The translations under genes and the position numbers were made by a program. A DNA stretch of 64,000 bases from assembly GCA_951406725.2 (NCBI GenBank), contig OX597837.1, positions 30,442,001 to 30,506,000 of the forward strand, given 5' to 3'. The notes below the pieces were generated by a model that had not been told where the DNA came from, ran no database searches, and was given only the letters and a program-made list of their open reading frames with translations. Shown here in pieces: positions 32,210 through 46,315 of the stretch; the first letter of the stretch is position 1, and each line of letters begins with the position of its first letter. Origin of the DNA: Octopus vulgaris (lineage: Eukaryota).

Positions 32210-32959
32210 ATCATCTTCTTTCAATTCTGTTTCCATTTCTTGCCAAATGTCCTCGTGACACCTAGGACAGAGAAATGCACTATATACATTGGTATGGCAT
32301 TAAAATAAACACACCAGATTATTCATTTACAAAGTCATGTGATAGAGAAAAGGGAAGAAAGACAGAGAAAAAGGAAAAAAAAAAAAAGTAAGCAGAAAAT
32401 AAGGGGGGAAAGGAAAGTGCAAAAGATTGTCTCAACTGGTACGTCACACATGCTGGGAAGAGTATTGTCACTGAATTGTCAGTGACAATACTCTTCCCAG
32501 CATGTGTGACGTACCAGTTGAGACAATCTTTTGCACTTCCTGTATGGACGGTAAGCCAGGGATCATTCAGTTCCTTTATTTTATCATTCCAAGTGCTCCT
32601 ACAATCAGTGGTTTTGTAACTATCTGGAGATGCCACATCTTTTTGATTTTGATTAGCAAATCTTTATATTTTCTGAGCTTATCAAATTCTTTTGCTGAGA
32701 TATTACAGCCACAGGGTATATTTTTTTCTTTTATTTCTTTTACTTGTTTCAGTCATTTGACTGCGGCCATGCTGGAGCACTGCCTTTAGTTGAGCAAATC
32801 GACCCCGGGACTTATTCTTTGTAAGCCCAGTACTTATTCTATCGGTCTCTTTTTGCCGAACCGCAAAGTGACGGGGACGTAAACACACCAGCATCGATTG
32901 TCAAGCAATGCTAGGGGGACAAACACAGACACACAAACACACACACACACACACACACA

Positions 32960-33011
<52 letters not shown>

Positions 33012-35470
33012 GACAGGCTTCTTTCAGTTTCCATCTACCAAATCCACTCACAAGGCATTGGTCGGCCCGGGGCTATAGCAGAAGACACTTGCCCAAGATG
33101 CCACGCAGTGGGACTGAACCCAGAACCATGTAGTTGGTTAGCAAGCTACTTACCACACAGCCACTCCTGCACCTAGATACTATGCTCATGTCAATCAATA
33201 AACAGGCTTCATTGTTTTGGTCTTTCACAACAATATCTGGTTTATTTGCTTTGATGGTCCAGTCTGTACATACTCGAAAGTCCCAAAGAATTGTTACATT
33301 TTCTCCCTCAGTGCTTGTACCATTTGTCAGCAGTTTTGATGTTATAATGCTGACACATTATCCAATGTAGATATTGGCCAATTCTGTCGTGTCTTACTTT
33401 GTACTCTACAGGTGCTATAAAACCTTACACTTAGAGATTAGGTGGTCCATTGTTTCAATCCCATTGTTGCAATATCAGCACTTTGGGTCTATACCATTTT
33501 TCATCACATTGGCTTGGTAGTTCCAGGTCAATAATCTGATCCTGAGCAGCCAAAATAAAGCCTTCATTCTCTGCCTTTAGCCCTGGGCTCCATAGCCACT
33601 GATCGGCATGCTTCTGGTCTACTCCATCTTGTTTGCCACGGGCCATATATTTACCATACAGAGGTTTTTGTTCCCACCTATCAGCCAATTGCTCTAATGC
33701 AATTTGCTTTGTTATTGATTTCACCTTTTTTTCAACTAAAGTTGCTGCATTTCCATCATGTTGTCCAACCTGGGTATTATGCATGAACTCACTAGAAAAT
33801 TTTTTACACTCCATCACAAAAGAATGAAGCTTCTAACATCTCTCATGGTTTTCAACAAACTTTAGTGTCCAGTCATTAGATATTTCAAGATATTTTGCCA
33901 GTCCAATTGTGGTGGTTTTATAAGAGATTTCAAACTGGATCAAACCTAGACCTCCTCCTTGAACTCTGGGTAGGTAAAGATGTTCTGCGTCTGCCTTTTG
34001 GTTGGTGCATCCTATTGCAAGTCAGCAGCTTACAACTCATATTTCAGTTCAACACATTGAAACTGTAAATAACAACAGGAACTGCTAAAGAATTTATAGC
34101 TAATACCTTGTTACATGCATTTAATTTGAATTTTAGGACTGCTTGAATTCTCCTGTAACATTCCTTTCTAATCTTTCCTTTCGTGTTTATATGCCGAATA
34201 CCAGAGCCCTCATTTATTCTGAAGTATTTGTAAGTTTGTTTCTGATCAAGTTCTTTTATAACTGTGTCAACATTCAACACCACTGAAATGTGAGGTCTTC
34301 AATTTTTTTTCTGGAAAGTGGCTTTGGCACATTTATCAAGACCAAATTCCATCCCAATGTCATTACTGAATGCTTTCACAGTATGTAGCAGTCCTTCAAA
34401 CTCATTACCATCTTTGCCATAGAGTTTTAAGTCATCCATATAAAATATATGACTTATTTTCTTGTTGACAATTTCATACCCATACCCTGTTCCATTAAGT
34501 TCACTTGTAAGTAGTATAGTTGCTATGCGACTAGACCACTTTTCAATTTTACTTTTCCAGTTTGGAATTCTTCTCAGGTTTCTTTATTTTTGCAGAGGCT
34601 TACAACTTGTTTCAATTGTCTTTGCAGCTGTGCAAATAATTTCACTTACCTCAGTGAGAACTGGTTTTAGTTCTTGTATAATTTCTTTTGTTACACATTT
34701 TCCAATTTTAATTTGTTTTCTATTTTGGATTGTACTTAAGAGTTTATGAAGTTGTTCTCTATCATACATATTGGTGTGTCTTATAACTGCAAGCTTAGTC
34801 AGGATTTTCTGCTTCACTTCTATCATAGACTCTCTATGATCTTCAGTAAATGTGTAGTCTTCAAATATTGTTTCTTTACCAATTTCCTCACTATCTTTAT
34901 CAGGCTCATTACAATTCATTTCTTTAGACATTTGTGCATTCTGGTCAGATGACAGTCTTTTAATTGAGACTCATGGAGAGTTGCCTTCTTCATCTGGTTC
35001 TTCTTTTTCACTGCATGCTTGATCATGGTTATTTCACTATCTGTGAGTCATTTATTTCTGAAAGTATCCCTCCTAAATTTTCTAACTTGTTTTAGTCCAA
35101 ATATAGTCTGCTGTCTTGATTTCATGTTCTCCATATTTGATAAGAGTGTGCAGTGTGTTTCTCTTCAAATGACCTGCCTAATGCATAGTAATGGGTGTAT
35201 ATTACTTATGTACACTCTTCTTGGGTCCATTTGATCCTCTTACATTTTTCTTTCTGTGATGGGTGTGGGGTAGACTTGAAGGGCTTGAGTTGGGGCAGTT
35301 CCCATTCAAGCGACGATCCAGGTTCATATCCAGAGAAGTGTTTGTGTCAGTGGATGACTTTCTGACCTCAGGCTGGCTCTCTCTCTCTCCTGGAGGACAT
35401 GCTTCCAGATTAACTACAGGACAAGCAATTTGGTGTACTGTTGTAGTTTTCCTGTTTGTTTCATAAGATA
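32210..35470 (-). mobile_element. Older, longer R4/Dong-like copy, interrupted by SINE A at 32738-33170
   Basis: 3' UTR and ORF fragments homologous to the 30890 copy. RT region (YMDDLKL-like at ~34425-34445; AINSLAVPV). Confidence 0.75.
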
Positions 35471-35995
35471 TATTTGTTCTACATTAAAATTATGAGTATT
35501 GATCTCAGTGTGGCAGATGTAGAGACAGTTGTCTCTGCCACTACTGTCAACTCCGCCATTAACACTGTTGCAGTTACTTAAACCTTGCCATTACAGCTTT
35601 GTTCACTGTTAGTTACCAAATAGTACCTTGATCTGTATCGTTGTGACTAATCTTTGTAGCCCTGGCAACAGTATAACCATTATTTAGTTAAGTCTGCCAT
35701 CTTTGCTCCTACTACTGTGTAGTATTATTAAATGTTGTTTGGTTTTGACTTTTGTTTTGTTCTTGAGATAATCATAAATACGAGGGCTGAAGGGGGTAGT
35801 AGGAAGAAGAAAAGCAGCATGGTGAATAGACCAAATTCCACAGGTCTGTAAATAGGTCTGGCCGATAGTCAATGAGAAGAGCTACCTTGGCCTTGGAAAG
35901 AACAGACTCACCTTATTCTGTTTTAATTACTGATAGTAAAAATGGAAAAATATATTTACTGATATTTATTATTACTAAAAAAAAGAAAAAAAAAA

Positions 35996-36424
35996 CCCAC
36001 CATCCAAGCATGGCCGTTCGCCAGCCTCGTCTGGCACCTGTGTCAGTGGCACATAAAAAACACCATCCGAGCGTGGCCGTTCGCCAGCCTCGTCTGGCAC
36101 CTGTGTCGGTGGCACATAAAAAACACCATCCAAGCGTGGCCGTCTGCTAGCCTCGTCTGGCACCTGTGTCGGTGGCACATAAAAAACACCATCCGAGCGT
36201 GGCCGTCTGCCAGCCTCGTCTGGCACCTGTGTCAGTGGCACATAAAATCACCCACTACACTCTCGGAGTGGTTGGCGTTAGGAAGGGCATCCAGCTGTAG
36301 AAACACTGCCAGATCTGACTGGCCTGGTGCAGCCTTCGGGCTCCCCAGACCCCAGTTGAACCGTCCAACCCATGCTAGCATGGAAAGCGGACGTTAAACG
36401 ATGATGATGATGATGATGATGATG
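35996..36424 (+). mobile_element. SINE family C with 4 tandem ~62 bp units
   Basis: Repeats of caccatccgagcgtggccgttcgccagcctcgtctggcacctgtgtc, with a (GAT)n tail. Confidence 0.7.
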
Positions 36425-37303
36425 AACCTGTGAAAACTTCATGGAAAACATTAAAAAAAATGTATGCATCTGTAAATTGTGTGCTGATGCGATGAGAAAT
36501 GTTTCTATATGATGACACTTAGAAAATATAGAAAGATGTGTAAAACTGATAACAATATAATCCAACCAAGATTATGAAAATCTTAAAATTATCTAATTCA
36601 GTTTCTCTAATTGAGTTGATTGGGTATGGAAACGGCTGTAAGGATTAGAATTTCATACTATATCTATTTGAATATTACAGAATAAACCAATGACAGTGTG
36701 TCAATTTCTCCATTTCCTTCTTTTATATATATATAAGACTTACTTGGAAATGGATGCGTGGCGTTCGATCATATAATAACATAAATAATATATAAACATA
36801 TGTATATATACATGCATATATGGGTACAGGACACAAAGAAAAACGGTGAACATAATGAGAAACAAAATCATAAAAACAAAAACATGGAAACGAACTTTTT
36901 TTCAAACAACGAAAAAACAGAGTACAAGACATACAACACAAGGAATATTCCCTTTCTTCAGTTGTCCCTGTTTCATTTACTCCACGTTCCGAAGGCAAGG
37001 ACAAGACGTGACATCGTTGAAACAGTCCTTCCCGCAAAGCAAATTAAATAAAATTCGAGATGTTTTGCGGAGCGGTAAAAATGGTAACAAGAACAGGACA
37101 GTATAAAACAAAACAAGACATACATATATACATACATATATATATATATCCATATATAAATAATACATATTTGATTAAATGTTTACTTCCTAAGCACATG
37201 GTTTCGAGTTCAGTCTACTATTGCCATGGATCAACCAGACTTGGGAATGGATTTAGTAGATGGAAACTGAAAAAAGCCCATCATGTGTGTGTGTGTGTGT
37301 GTC

Positions 37304-37340
<37 letters not shown>

Positions 37341-37361
37341 GTGTGTGTGAGTGTGTGTCTG

Positions 37362-37403
<42 letters not shown>

Positions 37404-37894
37404 TGTGTGTGTCTTTGTGTATGTGTGTGAGTGTGTCTGTGTGTGTGTGTGCGTGCGTGTGTGAGTCTGTGGGCGCGCGTCTTTGTGCCTGTTTGTCCAC
37501 CACAATCGCTTGACAACGGTTGTCAGAGTGTTTAGGTCCCTGCAACCTAGGGGTTCAGCGTATGTGCACAATAGAGCATGTACCTGGGGTCGATTCATTC
37601 GACTAGAAATTCTTCAAGGCGGTACCACAGCATGGACGCAGGCTAATGACTGAAACAAGCTTACAACGAAAAAAAAAAAGAAGTTACACGCACACTAAAC
37701 AATCATTTCACGGTAAAACGCGAAGTTCTGCTTATTTGAAGAATCAAAGTCAAGCGTGGAACAAAAAGGTTGAGATGACATTGAGTGAAACAGAAAAAGC
37801 GGGAAAATAGCAACCGTCCCTAAAGAAATGATATAAAACGTAGAGATAAATTAAAATAAAAAGTAGAGATAAATTAAAATAAATTAAAATATAT

Positions 37895-38116
37895 TTCTTT
37901 ACTACTCACAAGGGGTTAAACACAGAGGGGACAAACAAGAACAGACATACGGATCAAGCCGATTACATCGACCCTAGTGCGTAACTGGTACTTAATTTAT
38001 CGACCCCGAAAGGATGAAAGGCAAAGTCGACCTCGGCGTAATTTGAACTCAGAACGTAACGGCAGACGAAATACGGCTACGCATTTCGCCCGGCGTGCTA
38101 ACGTTTCTGCCAGTTC
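37895..38116 (-). mobile_element. SINE family B
   Basis: Family match; followed by a 28 bp AT-rich tandem repeat at 38118-38240. Confidence 0.7.
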
Positions 38117-38469
38117 GAAAATAAATTAAAATAAAAAGTGTAGACATAAATTAAAATAAATTAAAATAAAAAGTAGACATAAATTAAAATAAATTAAAAT
38201 AAAAAGTAGACATAAATTAAAATAAATTAAAATAAAAAGCATAGATAAAGTAGAGGAAAGTAAAGAAGTCGATGCAAATTGAAGAATGTGAAAATAGCAG
38301 TGAAAGGGAGATAACTCTAAACATTTCGCTTTTTTCACTGCTCTGAGATCGATAAAATAAACACCGAGTCAAGTAATGCGATCGAGTTTATCAATTACAA
38401 TGTATTTAGAGAGCCTGAACCTATAAGTTCCAATCAAATACTGAGATCGATCACATCTATATACTTATA

Positions 38470-38880
38470 TAGGCGCAGGAATGGCTGTATGGTAAGTAGC
38501 TTGTCTACCAACCACATGGTTCCGGGTTCAGTCCCACTGCGTGGCATCTTGGGCAAGTGTCTTCTGCCATAGCCCTGGGCCGACCAATGCCTTGTGAGTG
38601 GATTTGGTAGACGGAAACTGAAAGAAGCCCGTCGTATATATGTATATATATGTATGTGCATGTGTGTGTTTGTGTGTCTGTGTTTGTCCCCTAGCATTGC
38701 TTGACAACCGATGCTGGTGTGTTTATGTCCCCATTACTTAGCGGTTCGGCAAAAGAGACCGATAGAATAAGTACTGGGCTTACAAAAGAATAAGTCCCGA
38801 GGTCGAGTTGCTCGATTAAAGGTGGTGCTCCAGTATGGCCGCAGTCAAATGACTGAAACAAGTAAAAGAGTAAAAGAGTA
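38470..38880 (+). mobile_element. SINE family A
   Basis: Full-length family match. Confidence 0.8.
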
Positions 38881-39128
38881 AGAGTTATTGTTGTTCTGGT
38901 TATCTTTGATTTGATGCTGCCAAACATAAAGATAGGGAGACAGAGGAATATAGATAGAAATGGGTGTTAAGAAATTATGAGCATTTAGGGTCTGAAGGGT
39001 TGAGGTTGCGAAGGTGGGACCAGGCGCTATAAACCAGCAATACCCTTCATGTGCTGAAAAAGTAGGGAAGCGTCGTTCCCTTAAGTAACCCTTCGTTTCC
39101 ATCTCTGCTTTAGAATGAAAGAATATAG

Positions 39129-39806
39129 ATTATATACTTGAAGCTATTCCTGGTGATGTCCACGTCTACAAATCTATTGATAGGACAGCAGACCCCGCCG
39201 AGCTTGCCGATTATCTTGTTGAATTCCTGAATTCACTTGAACCGCCAGGCCTGCCGCCACACATCTTGAAGTTAAAAGTCGGTGCGCCCATTATGCTCAT
39301 CAGGAATTTGGTTCCACCTAAACAGTACAACGGCACACGTCTGGTTGTGAAACATTTGCCACCACATTTAATAACGGCCACAATACTTACCGGTCGTGGG
39401 AAGGGAGAGGACGTCTTCATTCCACGCATGCACCTTCAACCGTCGGGCGCTGACCTACCAATCCACTTCAGGCGTTCTCAGTTTCCTGTTAAACTCTGCT
39501 TCGCAATGTCCGTCAATAAATCCCAAGGCCAAACGCCACAAGTCGCTGGGTTACAGTTGGGCGAACAGTGCTTCGCCCACGGTCAACTCTACGTGGGCTG
39601 TTCACGCGTTGAGGCGCAATGATGTTTTCATGTTTTCGCCCAAAGGGACAGCTAGGAACATCGTATACACAGAAGTATTCGAGTGAAGAGAAGACATTGC
39701 AGCCTACACATGCGCCTTCCTTCCCTAGAGGGAAGGACTAGATTGGGATTAGTCGTTGCCTACTAGGGGCTCTTACATACCCGGGCAACGCCGGGCTATG
39801 CTGCTA

Positions 39807-39807
<1 letters not shown>
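39129..39807 (+). mobile_element. Helitron 3' fragment encoding PIF1-like helicase C-terminus
   Basis: LKLKVGAPIMLIRNL..NGTRL..QFPVKLCFAMSVNKSQGQT..HGQLYVGCSRV, with hairpin + CTAG terminus. Confidence 0.9.
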
Positions 39808-39847
<40 letters not shown>

Positions 39848-39878
39848 TATGTATGTATGTATGTATATATATTATTTG

Positions 39879-40068
39879 GTACTATTTAAGAAGAGTGGTC
39901 CCGGTGCGCGCATCCGCGCTAGCTAGTCGTGACTAGTCGATCCTTTGTGTTTTTGTGTTTTATTTACTTTGCTAGGTAGTCGTTGTAGGATCGACTAGTC
40001 ACAAATAGCTAGCGGAGATGCGCGAGTACGCGAGTGCGCGCACCGGGACCACTCCTCTTAAATAGTAC
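39879..40068. mobile_element. Small GC-rich fold-back element or MITE
   Basis: Long imperfect TIRs gtactatttaagaagagtggtcccggtgcgcgca ... tgcgcgcaccgggaccactcctcttaaatagtac. Confidence 0.65.
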
Positions 40069-40071
40069 TTA

Positions 40072-40102
<31 letters not shown>

Positions 40103-40273
40103 TTCCTTTCCTTTTTTCTCTCCCTCTTTTACTCTCCTTGTTTTTTCTGTCCCTTTCTGTGAAGAGCGTAGGCTCGAAACGTAAAAGACTTTTTCTATTC
40201 CTCAGCGTTATACTAATACATTTGTCTGTTTTGTACTCCACCTGTCTTCGTCTTTTGTTTTTTCGTAAACTCT

Positions 40274-40330
<57 letters not shown>

Positions 40331-40439
40331 TAGATAAATTTAGATATGTTTCGACCAAAGATTGGTCCAGGCCATGTCTAACTTAATAGCACCACCTGAT
40401 TGGATTATCTAAATCCTGTTTAGGTCAAGTTTTGTTTAT

Positions 40440-41835
40440 GGTCCATTCAAGTAGTGAGTTCTTGTTGAGTGAGTTTTATCCCGGTATGGGTGGCTTATCC
40501 GGTGTTCCTTGAAGAAATCTGTCCAGACTCTGTCTAAAGTTGATGGGATCCTTTTCCTCTTTGATCTCTTTCGGGACAATGTTAAACGGGGCAGGGCCTG
40601 TTGAGGAAAAGAAATTATGTTGCAGTGTACCTATATGCTGTGATCCTGAATTGAGCAAGAGACGTATGGCCCGTGGTCCCAACCTTGGATGAACCTTGAA
40701 ACTAATGTTCAGGTCGTTTGGGCAAAGTTGGCGGTATATTCTCCACATCGTACAAATGATGTACCGCTCGCTGCGGCGCTGGAGAGAGTAGAGTTTCAAG
40801 GCGATCCCAATAATCGAGAGCAGCCATGCCTTCAATTCGTTTAGTGAGTGCTCTATGGGGTGATTCAATCCTCGAGATGTTTTGTCTTGTATGGGGAGAC
40901 CATAGTGGGTAGCCGTATTCGAGGTGTGGCCGTACAAAGAAAGAGAAAAGTGGTATGATGACACCTTGTTCTCTGGACCGGAATGTTCTTAAGATCCAGG
41001 AGCTCATCCTACGAGCTATATCGACCTTATTACTGATGTGGGCACTCCAACTGAGATTGTTATCAACAATTACGCCCAGTATGGCTGTTTTAGTGTGGAC
41101 TTTCTTCCAAAATACATCAGCTCAAATTTTCCCTCATTCAGTTGCATTTTGTTTTGGTCTGCCCATTGACTCACAGCATATAGATCAGACTGGAGTTGAG
41201 TTCGGTCCGCTTCTTCATTGACGATTTGCTGGAGCTTAGTGTCATCAGCAAATATTTTCACTTTGCAGTGATGTACGACACTGGAAAGGTCATTTATGTA
41301 AATTATAAAGAGGAGCGGGCCCAAGACAGTTCCCTTGGGGACACCGCTGGTGACTTTTGCTGGGCTTAAGTGGACTCCATCGACTACAACATGTTGTGTT
41401 CTATTCGCCTGGAAATACTTAATCCAGTGTAGAAGTTTTCCACGGATTCCAACATTTGCCAATTTTGAGAGTAAGATATTATGGTCAACCTTGTCGAACG
41501 CTTTACTGAAGTCAAGATATATGACATCAGAGTTCGAACCTGTTCCCAAAGCTTTAAGTATATCTTGAATGTGGTGTAAGAGTTGTGTCAGACAGTCCCT
41601 GCCACAGCGAAAGCCATGGTGATTTGCATGTAGGAGTTTGTGGGTCTCCAGTAAGTCAGCTATCCTTTATGATACCACTCTTTCAAACACTTTAATGATG
41701 TGGGAGGTGAGTGAGATTGGGCGATAGTTGACTACGAGGGATCTGTTTCCCTGTTTGAAAACCGGGATGACAGACTGGGATAGAAGCTGTTTCAGTATAT
41801 AACCCGAGTCTAACGAATTTCTCCAAAGGTTGGTC
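40440..41835 (-). mobile_element. CR1/L2-group LINE RT fragment
   Basis: NYRPISLTS, YLDFSKAFDKVDH, SGVPKGTVLGPLLF, FADDTK, VRPHLEY. Confidence 0.9.
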
Positions 41836-41839
41836 AGAG

Positions 41840-42283
41840 GGATGGTGGTTTCGATTCCTGGACCGGGCGACGCATTGTGTTCTTGAGCAAAACACTTCAT
41901 TTCACGTTGCTCCAGTCCACTCAGCTGGTAAAAATGAGTAACGCTGCGATGGACTGACGTCCCATCCAGCTGGGGAACGCATACGCCATTGAAACCGGGA
42001 AACCGGGCCCATGAGCCTGGCTAGGCTTTAAAAGGGCGCATATATTATTTAAGGCGGCGAGCTGGCAGAAAGATTAGCACGCCGGGCGAAATGCGTAGCC
42101 GTATTTCATATGCCGCAACGGTCTGAGTTCAAATTCTGCCGGGGTCGACTTTGCCTTTCATCCTTTCGGGGTTGATTAAATAAGTACCAGTTACGCACTG
42201 GAGTCGATATTATCGACTTAACCCGTCTGTCTGTCCTTGTTTGTCCCCATCTGTGTTTAGCCCCTTGTGGGTAGTAAAGAAAT
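41840..42283 (+). mobile_element. Two adjacent SINEs (tRNA B-box type at 41840-42040; family B at 42051-42283)
   Basis: ggtttcgattcc B box plus ccactcagctg..aaatgagta core; family B match. Confidence 0.6.
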
Positions 42284-43007
42284 AATTACTACTTGGCAGT
42301 GGGAGCGAGAGGCTTCATTGAAAAGAAAATGGTGACATTATTTAAAAGAAGACTTGGATTTTCGATCGTGGAGCTGAGAAAAGTAATAGGGAGGATGCTG
42401 GAGGCCTTTCGAAAAGGCCAGCTTCTATATACTGCTGAAACAAGAGGACTCGAAAGCCATAACATGCCGACAGAGAAATAGCGTTGCCAGGTGAGACTGA
42501 CTGACACTTAAACAGCGTTGCTACTGGACAGGTCAGTCGAGAAAACATACCTTGTTCATTGCGTGCCCATTTCCCGATGTTTCAATGGTTTGACCGCTTG
42601 TCAGTTTTGGCTGATGGAGCTGCAATTCAAACAACTTTATTGGAAGGTACACCTAGAGAGAGCGCAGGCGAAAATTATGCGCCCTTCACCTCTATTGAAG
42701 CTAGTTGAAGCTAGTTAACTGTCACATGACAATTAACTAGCAATAGTGGTTGGAGCCTCCTGGCGAGTGTTTAAACAGGATATTTGACACGGTTGACTGT
42801 CGCTTGGTAACAGTCATGGACGCTGCATCGAAGAATCGATAAAAAAAAAACAGGGAAAAGAAAGCTTCTATACACGAGAATTTAAATTACCAACAAAAAA
42901 CAAAAAGGAAATACTGGATGCGCACACATACTTACTGCCATGCACAACATTCTTTTCTGCTCTAGGCACAAGGCCCGAAATTTTGGGGGAGGGAGCCAAA
43001 ACTATTT

Positions 43008-43235
43008 CTTTACTACCCACAAGGGGCTACACACAGAGGGAACAAACAAGGACACACAGACGGATTAAGTCGATTAGATCGACCCCAGTGCGAAACTGGT
43101 ACTTAATTTATCGACCCCGAAAGGATGAAAGGCAAAGTCGACCTCGGCGGTATTTGAACTTAGAACGCAGCGGCAGACGAAATACTGCTAAGCATTTCTC
43201 CCAGCGTGCTAACGATTCTGCCAGCTCGCCGCCTT
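43008..43235 (-). mobile_element. SINE family B
   Basis: Family match. Confidence 0.7.
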
Positions 43236-43461
43236 AGTGTCATGTACGACATTATTTTCTCAATTTCCACTTTCATTTTGCAGTTAGAAATATCGGTAAT
43301 AAACGATCGGCCTTGAAGTATTTTTATCGTTAAATTTTGATATAATCGCACTTTACTCCGTCTGAAATGTTTATGTAGAATTTTTCACTGAAATAATTTT
43401 CTAGAAGTTATGAGATAAAAAAAAAATAAATTCACTATGTGGGCACACCTATCTTCGTTTA

Positions 43462-43544
<83 letters not shown>

Positions 43545-44501
43545 AAGCATGTATGTATGCACGTACAGGTCTATATATGCATGTGTGTGTATACGTATGG
43601 ATATCTTGGGTATAGTTTTAAACTGCATGTGCTAGTGGGGCCCCGTTAAGGGAATCCTCCGGTGTTGCGGGTAGTGAGACCACCCCTTAACTACTACTGT
43701 TCCCATGTCGACTATGATCCGGGGTAGCAGCACTTGTTAGAGTCCTAGCCATGTGTTAATTAGCATGTGAAGGACCCACACTTCTCATTAGGCCTTCCTT
43801 TTAGATTAAAAAACAAAAACCCTGAAGTACATATCGAACCCTGTTGTGCCACTGGTTTTATTGCTGGTTACACGGAAAAGGGGGTTCAATATTGTGCCAC
43901 ACTTTATTCACTCAAAGCAAATTCGTGCACAGGAACTTCACGGACTCTCGGAATGTTTGCACGGACTTAATGAGGAAGTGGTCCTGCTCGGTTGATTTTT
44001 CACTGTGCTCGCATGCGTGCATGTATGTATGTATGTATGTATGTATGTATGTATGTATGTATGTATGTATGTATGTATGTATGAATGTATGTATGAATGT
44101 ATGTATGTGTGTGTCTGTGTGTATGTACGCACGCACGTACGTATGTATACGTGCATGTATGTATGTTTGTATATGACCGATAATGCACAAGATCGATCAT
44201 TCAACGATCTGGTCAATTCACTGGTCCTGAATATAAAAATATGAAAAGGCAGTGACAGAGAAGGAGAAAGGTTATGAAAGAGAGAGGGGGGGAGAGAATC
44301 AGCAAAAGTGGGAGGGACAGAGGGAGAATGACAGAGAGAGAGCGAAAGGAAAATAAAGTGAAGAGAGACCAGGAAGTATATTGTAGAGTACGAGAATATC
44401 AGGTGAGAGAGGAGTGAGAAATGAAAATAAATTTAAATTTGAAGTTATTTAGCCTTGTTCCTCTCACGTTGTATCGTAGTTATTTGTTGAAATTGCAGAA
44501 A

Positions 44502-45069
44502 ATGAGGCGAAACTTGATTCAAAAGAAGTCAGAAACGTTTTCTTAAAATCGAACGGACACACAACAATCTTTAGAAGACCGACCAAATAAAAAGAAGGAA
44601 ACTACAAAAGAAAAATTAAAAGAAAGAAAAAAAAACTGATCGTAACATGGAGGAAACTGATCGTAACGTAAACGGAACTGATCGTAACGAGAATGGACCG
44701 ATCATAGAGACATCGTTCACGGATCATCGAGAACCCAATCAAGATGAAGGAACTGAAGACGCTGGAACACCCAATGAATTAACATCCAATAATTTAATAT
44801 CGATACCCTCCTCAGTACCCGTCACCTGAAGAAACCGGGATCAGTACCGATCAAAATAGCTCACCTGCCGCTAATCAAGAACTGATCAAAGCAGGGTCCG
44901 ATCAAAATAGACAAGTACAGATAATGAAACGAACAACGAAGCTGCCGGTATTCAAAATGCACGTCTATGCACAGCACAATGGTGTGAACGATATAAATAT
45001 TCGATCGCTCTGCTGTGTATTTGCATTGCTATTATAGTTGGTTTAATAATAGCTTTTATTGAAAATGCG
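44502..45069 (+). pseudogene. TNF-like gene C, exon 1 (cytoplasmic tail + TM helix), frameshifted in this sequence
   Basis: Start context ttgttgaaattgcagaaaATG matches gene D. The 3' part reads AAGIQNARLCTAQWCERYKYSIALLCICIAIIVGLIIAFIENA|gtaatt (phase 0). Stops occur in this frame at 44827, 44857, 44872 and 44908, with a tail-like peptide in the +1 frame. Confidence 0.65.
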
Positions 45070-45929
45070 GTAATTTGTGGTAAGCACCGATCTTCGAAGG
45101 TAATTATTATTTACATGTAATCTCATATATGAAAGTCTTCTTTCTTTCTTTCTTCTTCTTCTTCTTCTTCTTCTTCTTCTTCTTCTTCTTCTTCTTCTTC
45201 TTCTTCTTCTTCTTCTTCTTCTTCTTGCTTCTAGAATCTTTCAAAACTTCGATTTACATGGACTCAAATCAAACTGTCTTAAATAATAATCATAATAGTT
45301 TCAATTTTTACCGCAAAAACGACCATTTTGGCAGCACAGTCTCCCCCACCCCACCCCACCCCAGCACTGGCGTTTCCAATTTCTTTTTTTCACCGGATCC
45401 CTATGTTTTCCATGATGGAGATTCCGGATATACAAAAGACCACGTTTTCAAAATTTTTAATTCCCAACACTCAAAACATTTTTTTAATTCTCAACTTTTT
45501 GGAATTTTTTTTTTCAATAGATTGAAAAAATTTTTCCATGTAGATATGGAAAAATATGGAGATTAAGAATGAGGTGGTGGTGGGGGTAAACAAATTTTAG
45601 CACACCTCCCGCTGTCTAAAAGTGAAAATGAACAACTATTTTGTCCATTTCTGTATGCCGTTTCATGTATAATTTTACGGAAATCGACAGAAAGGTCTAC
45701 TAGAGACGAAAGATCCCCACAATTTCTACAGCTTATACAAATGAACAGAGAAAGAAGTACGCAAAATATACTTTACATACCTGTCACATTCGTCGGTTTT
45801 CTTTTTTCGCTAAGCAGTTATTTTGCTGTCAATACATTGGACTAATCTCAACAAAATACTACAAGTTTAATCACAGGCTCAGCACCTATTTTTGTGTTCG
45901 TTCATTCCAAAATAATAAAAACTTTAACA

Positions 45930-46315
45930 TAGGCGCAGGAGTAGCTGTGTGCTAAGTAGCTTGCTTACCAGCCACATGGTTCCGGGTTCATTCCTACCGC
46001 ATGGCACTTTGGTCAAGTGTCTTCTACTATAGCCTCGGGCCGACCAAAGCCTTGTGAGTAGATTTGGTAGGCGGAAACTGAAAGAAGCCTATCGTATATA
46101 TGTATATGTATATGTATATATATGTGTGTTTGTGTGTCTGTGTTTGTCCCCCCAACATCTGGTGTGTTTACGTCCCCGTAACTTAGCAGTTCGGCAAAAG
46201 AGACCAATAGAATAAGTACTAGGCTTACAAAAAATAAGTCTTGGGGTCGATTTGCTCGACTAAAGGCGGTGCTCCAGCATGGCTGCAGTCAAAGGACTGA
46301 AACAAGTAAAAGAGT
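45930..46315 (+). mobile_element. SINE family A
   Basis: Family match. Confidence 0.75.
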
